Positions 26,266 to 30,435 of a DNA stretch of 30,435 nt are shown in pieces. Below the pieces are notes generated by a model. That model was not told the DNA's origin, did not search any database, and worked only from the letters and a program-made list of their open reading frames with translations. The translations under genes were made by a program, and so were the position numbers. The stretch covers positions 1 through 30,435 of the IMG/VR virus record IMGVR_UViG_3300021085_002364. The stretch is one strand, 5' to 3'. This stretch comes from a virus. Lineage: Duplodnaviria > Caudoviricetes. Position 1 is the stretch's first letter, and each line of letters begins with the position of its first letter.

Positions 26266-27726
26266 ATGGCGGATTTTATACCAGGTGAAGCATATAGACT
26301 AGATATTATCGGGGCCGATGAATCTATTATTGTAGATAGTTGGCAAGGAACTATCAAAGCAAATGTAGTATCGGATATCGGTATGGTACAGGTTGATGTA
26401 TCAACAGGAAAACTTTATGGACCTATGATAGGTGACATTGAAGATACTGAAGGTAATATAATTTTTGACGCAACTGCGCAAACGTTAAAAGCTGATTTAT
26501 CCGGAAGTGTTTATGATAATAGCGGTGCTGTAAAAATCATTGACGGTATGACTGGTAAAATTACCGGCCTACTAAGTGGCAATGTAGTTGACTCCGAAGG
26601 CACTGTAATGATAGATACTGCTAGTCGAACTATTTCCGCAAATAGTTTTACAGGCGACTTATACGGCGATGTATATGGTAATTTAACTACTGAGAGTATT
26701 GTTTACGGTACATTTAGTGGTGACTTTAACGGTACTGCATATGGCGAATTCTTTGGCGATAGTACAGGTACACACAACGGAGATGTAAACGGCGACTTAG
26801 TTGGTAATGTCACTGGTAATGTTTTAGGTAGTGTCACAGGTGAATTACTTGCACTAAAGAACGGCAGCGAAATTCCAGATCAGCTTACAGCATGGAATGA
26901 ATTTCACCAACAATGGGAATGGGTAGGCGGTGTCGGCGATCTTTCTGCAGTTGAAGAAGGCGATATTGCTAGAGGTCCTGTAATTTTAACAAACGCTGAC
27001 AGAGCACAAACTGCTCTAAGAGCAAACGTAACACACTACAATGGTACTGAAATTATTAAATTACACACCGACGAACTAGACCCAGATTGTCCTACTGCAC
27101 CAGCAACTATTAGAGGGTTGTTTGATGGTAATTTTATACATTTAGATGACGACGGTGTTGCACATACTGTATTAAGTGCAGATACTATTGGTGGTAGTGT
27201 TATACATCCAGTAAATGGAAAACTTAATATTGGTATGCACAACGATCCTGTTGAGGATATTCAAATCAATGCAAGTAATTTTACGATAGAATCAAAACTA
27301 ACACGTCTAGATACAGCCGGTGTTGAAATTAAAACTCATACGTACAGAGGCGATGTTGATGCAAAACAAGCAGTGCGTGATGAAGATTTAATTGGTGGGT
27401 TTCACGTTCATGCATATAACGGAAACGAAATGGTTGTTGCCGGTGGTATGGGATTCACTGTTGCAGGTGATGTAAGCAATACTGGAATTGGTGTACCTTC
27501 GAGATTTGTAGTAGGAACATCAACTAATACACATAAATTTCATCCAAACAACGAACACCAACTTGAGTTCTGTAATGGAGTACTTACTGTGCCTGTAATG
27601 CAAGCAGATCCAATGAATTACGTTGAAAGAGATGCAATGTCAGCCGAAGCTGGAATGATTATTTTTAACAGCGGTAGTAATACATTTCAAGGATTTAATG
27701 GCACTTCTTGGGTTGACCTACACTAA
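26266..27726 (+). CDS. Phage virion structural / tail-fibre-like protein
   Basis: Gly/Asp/Thr-rich with (G-x-x-x)n repeats. C-terminal AGMIIFNSGSNTFQGFNGTSWVDLH resembles ends of fibre-like proteins of T4-like phages. Late promoter upstream. Confidence 0.65.
   Translation: MADFIPGEAYRLDIIGADESIIVDSWQGTIKANVVSDIGMVQVDVSTGKLYGPMIGDIEDTEGNIIFDATAQTLKADLSGSVYDNSGAVKIIDGMTGKITGLLSGNVVDSEGTVMIDTASRTISANSFTGDLYGDVYGNLTTESIVYGTFSGDFNGTAYGEFFGDSTGTHNGDVNGDLVGNVTGNVLGSVTGELLALKNGSEIPDQLTAWNEFHQQWEWVGGVGDLSAVEEGDIARGPVILTNADRAQTALRANVTHYNGTEIIKLHTDELDPDCPTAPATIRGLFDGNFIHLDDDGVAHTVLSADTIGGSVIHPVNGKLNIGMHNDPVEDIQINASNFTIESKLTRLDTAGVEIKTHTYRGDVDAKQAVRDEDLIGGFHVHAYNGNEMVVAGGMGFTVAGDVSNTGIGVPSRFVVGTSTNTHKFHPNNEHQLEFCNGVLTVPVMQADPMNYVERDAMSAEAGMIIFNSGSNTFQGFNGTSWVDLH
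26653..26850 (+). repeat. Gly-x-x-x tetrapeptide repeat (3 + 12 units)
   Basis: GDLY GDVY GNLT (26653-26688), then GTFS GDFN GTAY GEFF GDST GTHN GDVN GDLV GNVT GNVL GSVT GELL (26707-26850). Confidence 0.85.
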
Positions 27727-27740
27727 ATTTATGTTATAAT
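27713..27740 (+). promoter_or_regulatory. Sigma70-type promoter (TTGACC-N16-TATAAT, extended TGn -10) for the adenylase-GNAT pair
   Basis: TTGACC 27713-27718, TGT then TATAAT 27735-27740, a second TATAAT at 27745-27750, and SD AAAGGT before ATG 27768. Confidence 0.65.
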
Positions 27741-27767
27741 TAACTATAATTTTAGAAAGGTGTCAGT

Positions 27768-28757
27768 ATGATCTACATTGACGGAATCAAGTATCTTGAA
27801 AGTGATAACGAACACGTAAGAACAGCAGTTATTAATTATTTGGAAAACTGGAATATTACAGTAAGTACAAGCGGCACTACCGGAACTCCAAAAGTTTATA
27901 CACACTCAGATAAACTTATGCGTAAAGTAGCAGAATATAATGCTGAATACTTTATGCTTGATTCAAACAGCAGCATGATGTCTTTGTACAATCCAAGAGG
28001 AATTGGATTTACAAGTATGAGTTTGTATCCTTGTGCAGTTGCAAATTGCGATACGTTTATCGAAACTACAGTTGCAAATCTTCCAGATCGTATTGCAGAG
28101 GTACAACCAACTAATATGCTTATACTACCTAATGTTTGGAAAACTTGGCATAGACATAAAAAATGGAAAAACTTAGATCTTAGCTGTATGAAACAAATGC
28201 AAGTAGGCAGTGATATTACACCAACAGGATTAATGGAAGACTTGAGAGAAAGAGGCGCTCAACAGGTAAACACAGGCTACGGCAGCACAGAAGTTCCTCC
28301 TGTTATTATGAGCACAGAACGACAAGATATATACAAGTTTAGCGATATTAATCCTAACATTGATTTTAAATTTGTAAAACACGATGACGGTAGCACAGAG
28401 TTTTATTGCAAATACAAAGAACAAGATCAATGGTGGGATAGCGGCGATCTTGTAGAATTTAATAGTGCTGATGAATTTAGATTATCAGGACGTAGATACA
28501 ATGCATTTAAAATGGAAAACTGCGGTGATAGAGTTTATCCAGAACAGATTGAAAAAGTTGCTATTGAAAATGGTGCAAGTTTAGCACTGTGTCGAAAAGT
28601 TGCACACGAATGTGTTGTGTACTACACAGGCGAACTGGATGTATCAAACTTTACTAAACAACACAAATGCGCATACGATATTAAACCAGTTAAAGTAGAT
28701 GAAATTAAAGTAGACGATAATCTGCGTAAAATTAGTAGGAATCAACAATTTGTATAG
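27768..28757 (+). CDS. Minimal AMP-binding (ANL family) adenylation enzyme
   Basis: STSGTTGTPK, VGSD, GYGSTE, WWDSGD, SGR, GDRVYPEQIE, C-terminal LRKISR (A10 Lys). Confidence 0.85.
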   Translation: MIYIDGIKYLESDNEHVRTAVINYLENWNITVSTSGTTGTPKVYTHSDKLMRKVAEYNAEYFMLDSNSSMMSLYNPRGIGFTSMSLYPCAVANCDTFIETTVANLPDRIAEVQPTNMLILPNVWKTWHRHKKWKNLDLSCMKQMQVGSDITPTGLMEDLRERGAQQVNTGYGSTEVPPVIMSTERQDIYKFSDINPNIDFKFVKHDDGSTEFYCKYKEQDQWWDSGDLVEFNSADEFRLSGRRYNAFKMENCGDRVYPEQIEKVAIENGASLALCRKVAHECVVYYTGELDVSNFTKQHKCAYDIKPVKVDEIKVDDNLRKISRNQQFV

Positions 28758-29343
28758 ATTTGAAGCATACGACGGCACACAAGATCTCTCACAATGGTTT
28801 GAAGATGCAGAAAAGCACGGGTACTACAACAACAGTAGTAAAGCCATGCTAATTGACTATATTGCAAAATACGAAGATGCTACATTATTTTTACTTTATT
28901 ATAACGATAAAATTGTAGGAAACAGTATTGTACATAGTTTAAAAGGCTTAGGTATCCTTGGTAAAAACGCATACCGAATAGGTGCAAGAACTTGTTTAAT
29001 TCGCGACCATATTGATGGCAATAGAGTGTATGCGCCAAGAGCGTGGGGTCCTATTAATCATCACACACTACAAATGTTGTTTCCAGTTTGTATCGAACAT
29101 GTTGGCAGAGATAAACCTGTATATATTAGTACCCACGAAGGTGGTGTAGGAAGTCAAGATCGTGTGCATAAAATATGGACTAAAAAGTTTACAAACAAAC
29201 TAGGAATCACAAAAGATCCAATTGAGCTAGAGTACAAAGGCACATTCCAAACGTTTTATCGTATCGACGTAGAAAGACTTTATGAACTACTAGAGGATTC
29301 ACGCTGGCCCGAAGCCGAAGAAGCTATTCCGTTGTTTAGTTAA
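28750..29343 (+). CDS. GNAT-like acyltransferase (paralogue of 6464..7006)
   Basis: GYYNNSSKAM, LFLLYYNDKIVGNSIVH, VYIST. TTG start overlaps the adenylase stop. Confidence 0.55.
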   Translation: MYRFEAYDGTQDLSQWFEDAEKHGYYNNSSKAMLIDYIAKYEDATLFLLYYNDKIVGNSIVHSLKGLGILGKNAYRIGARTCLIRDHIDGNRVYAPRAWGPINHHTLQMLFPVCIEHVGRDKPVYISTHEGGVGSQDRVHKIWTKKFTNKLGITKDPIELEYKGTFQTFYRIDVERLYELLEDSRWPEAEEAIPLFS

Positions 29344-30435
29344 ACGTACTTCTTACAAAGTTCAAAAAAGTCTGACATCTCCGGAAACACTTGTTCGTGA
29401 TCAACATTACGTCTACGCCCTTGTTCTTCAAAGAAGTTGTGGAAGTCTCTACGTCCTTGAATAACTTTATCTAGTGGATATTCTGTAGATTCCATGTAAT
29501 CAACTACACGACGAAACTTTTCATACTCGATAGTGCTAAATGCATCCTTGCGATTATCATCTGTGTTCTCTTTGATAAACTGCAAATGGTCGTGCATATA
29601 ACTCATGTAGTTTTTAGGCAGGATATTGATATCATACTGTAGAGGTTCTTTGAGATGCGGAGTATCAAACCCTAGTCGTTGCCATCTGTGCGTTTCTACA
29701 TCATTGTATTTTTTACGCCATTCAAGAATCTTTTCAAGCAATGTGCGGAATGTAGTGACACTGAAAATATTAAATGTAATCATAATAACCATTGGTGCTT
29801 CACAGTTGCGCATAAAGTAATCTAAGTTGCGTTCAAACACTTCAATGTCTAACCCATCACGAATATACTCTGCACGTTTGCCCCAAGTGTCAATACTTGT
29901 AAACATTTTAAAACGTCTAATCTTATTGTTTGTTAACAAATCGTTTACACGGTTTGTAAACTTTTCCAACTGCTTTGGCTTGCCGCCTAAGTTGCTGTTG
30001 CAGTTTAGTTCTAACTTTGGTTTAGGATCTGCATCCAGCATATCAAACAACTTATATGTGCTTTGTTGTATTGTAGGTTCACCACCTGTAATACGCAAAA
30101 TATGCAAGTCCTTACTAAGCTCTGGCCACCATTTCCAAAATGCATCTAAATACGGATTGCTTTGTTCTTCAAATATTTCAAACCAGTCAATATCGCATCT
30201 ATGATTCTTTACGTTTGTATAAGGACCGTGTTGCTTGATCTCTTGATGATATCTGCTGCTGGCTTTTGGATGACAATATCCGCAACGGAAGTTGCACTCA
30301 TTGCCAAACGAAACTTCCAAGTATTCTGGATTAACATCAAACTCTGCACCACCTTCTTTGACAGCTTTCAAGCGTTCTTTGAAAAAGATAGTTTGGTTGC
30401 GTTGTTTTCTATCACTAACATAGTCTTTGCCCATT
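29340..30435 (-). CDS. Radical SAM enzyme (type A-like core), 5' end truncated by the window edge
   Basis: EVSFGNECNFRCGYC, TGGEPT, NSN, TSID, YIR. The ORF is open to the window end, so the expected N-terminal Cys domain is not visible. Confidence 0.88.
   Translation of the reverse strand, partial: MGKDYVSDRKQRNQTIFFKERLKAVKEGGAEFDVNPEYLEVSFGNECNFRCGYCHPKASSRYHQEIKQHGPYTNVKNHRCDIDWFEIFEEQSNPYLDAFWKWWPELSKDLHILRITGGEPTIQQSTYKLFDMLDADPKPKLELNCNSNLGGKPKQLEKFTNRVNDLLTNNKIRRFKMFTSIDTWGKRAEYIRDGLDIEVFERNLDYFMRNCEAPMVIMITFNIFSVTTFRTLLEKILEWRKKYNDVETHRWQRLGFDTPHLKEPLQYDINILPKNYMSYMHDHLQFIKENTDDNRKDAFSTIEYEKFRRVVDYMESTEYPLDKVIQGRRDFHNFFEEQGRRRNVDHEQVFPEMSDFFELCKKYV

Noticed and set aside
26196-26357. 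54-aa N-terminal extension of the GT ORF in the supplied track
   Set aside because: It overlaps the divergent gene's start and both promoters. The sigma70 promoter points to ATG 26195.
1-30435. Eukaryotic giant-virus origin (P450s and glycan genes occur in Mimiviridae)
   Set aside because: SD sites, GTG/TTG starts, translational coupling, sigma70 promoters and T4-type late promoters indicate prokaryotic expression.
1-30435. CRISPR array, tRNA/ncRNA, integrase/transposase, introns or stop-codon recoding
   Set aside because: No intergenic space exceeds about 70 nt, no spaced direct repeats were seen, and all genes read intact under the standard bacterial code.

Overview
AT-rich, gene-dense segment that most likely comes from a large tailed (T4-like) phage. 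The evidence is the T4-type late-promoter motifs (TATAAATA, AATAAATA, GATAAATA), consensus sigma70 promoters, Shine-Dalgarno sites, overlapping start/stop codons and two virion-type genes: an S8 protease with a cupredoxin insert, and a Gly-x-x-x fibre-like protein. No capsid or terminase gene is in the window, so the phage origin is inferred. Almost everything else is a very large tailoring-enzyme cluster. It holds 11 radical SAM enzymes (10 with Twitch/SPASM-like auxiliary Cys motifs in three architectures, plus 1 cobalamin-dependent), 3 QueC-like PP-loop ATPases and 3 SGNH-like proteins. It also holds 2 minimal adenylation enzymes each paired with a GNAT-like paralogue, a cytochrome P450, 2 Fe(II)/2OG-type oxygenases, 2 class I methyltransferases, an SDR, a duplicated GT-A glycosyltransferase and a 74-aa orphan. 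Twenty-three of these genes form one tightly coupled minus-strand run (26195->4207), with two near-perfect sigma70 promoters placed to give leaderless mRNAs. The cluster continues past the right edge. My leading hypothesis (inference) is a phage-encoded biosynthetic or hypermodification system acting on virion proteins or glycans; DNA or a small-molecule/peptide product are the alternatives. I saw no RNA genes, CRISPR arrays or mobile elements.
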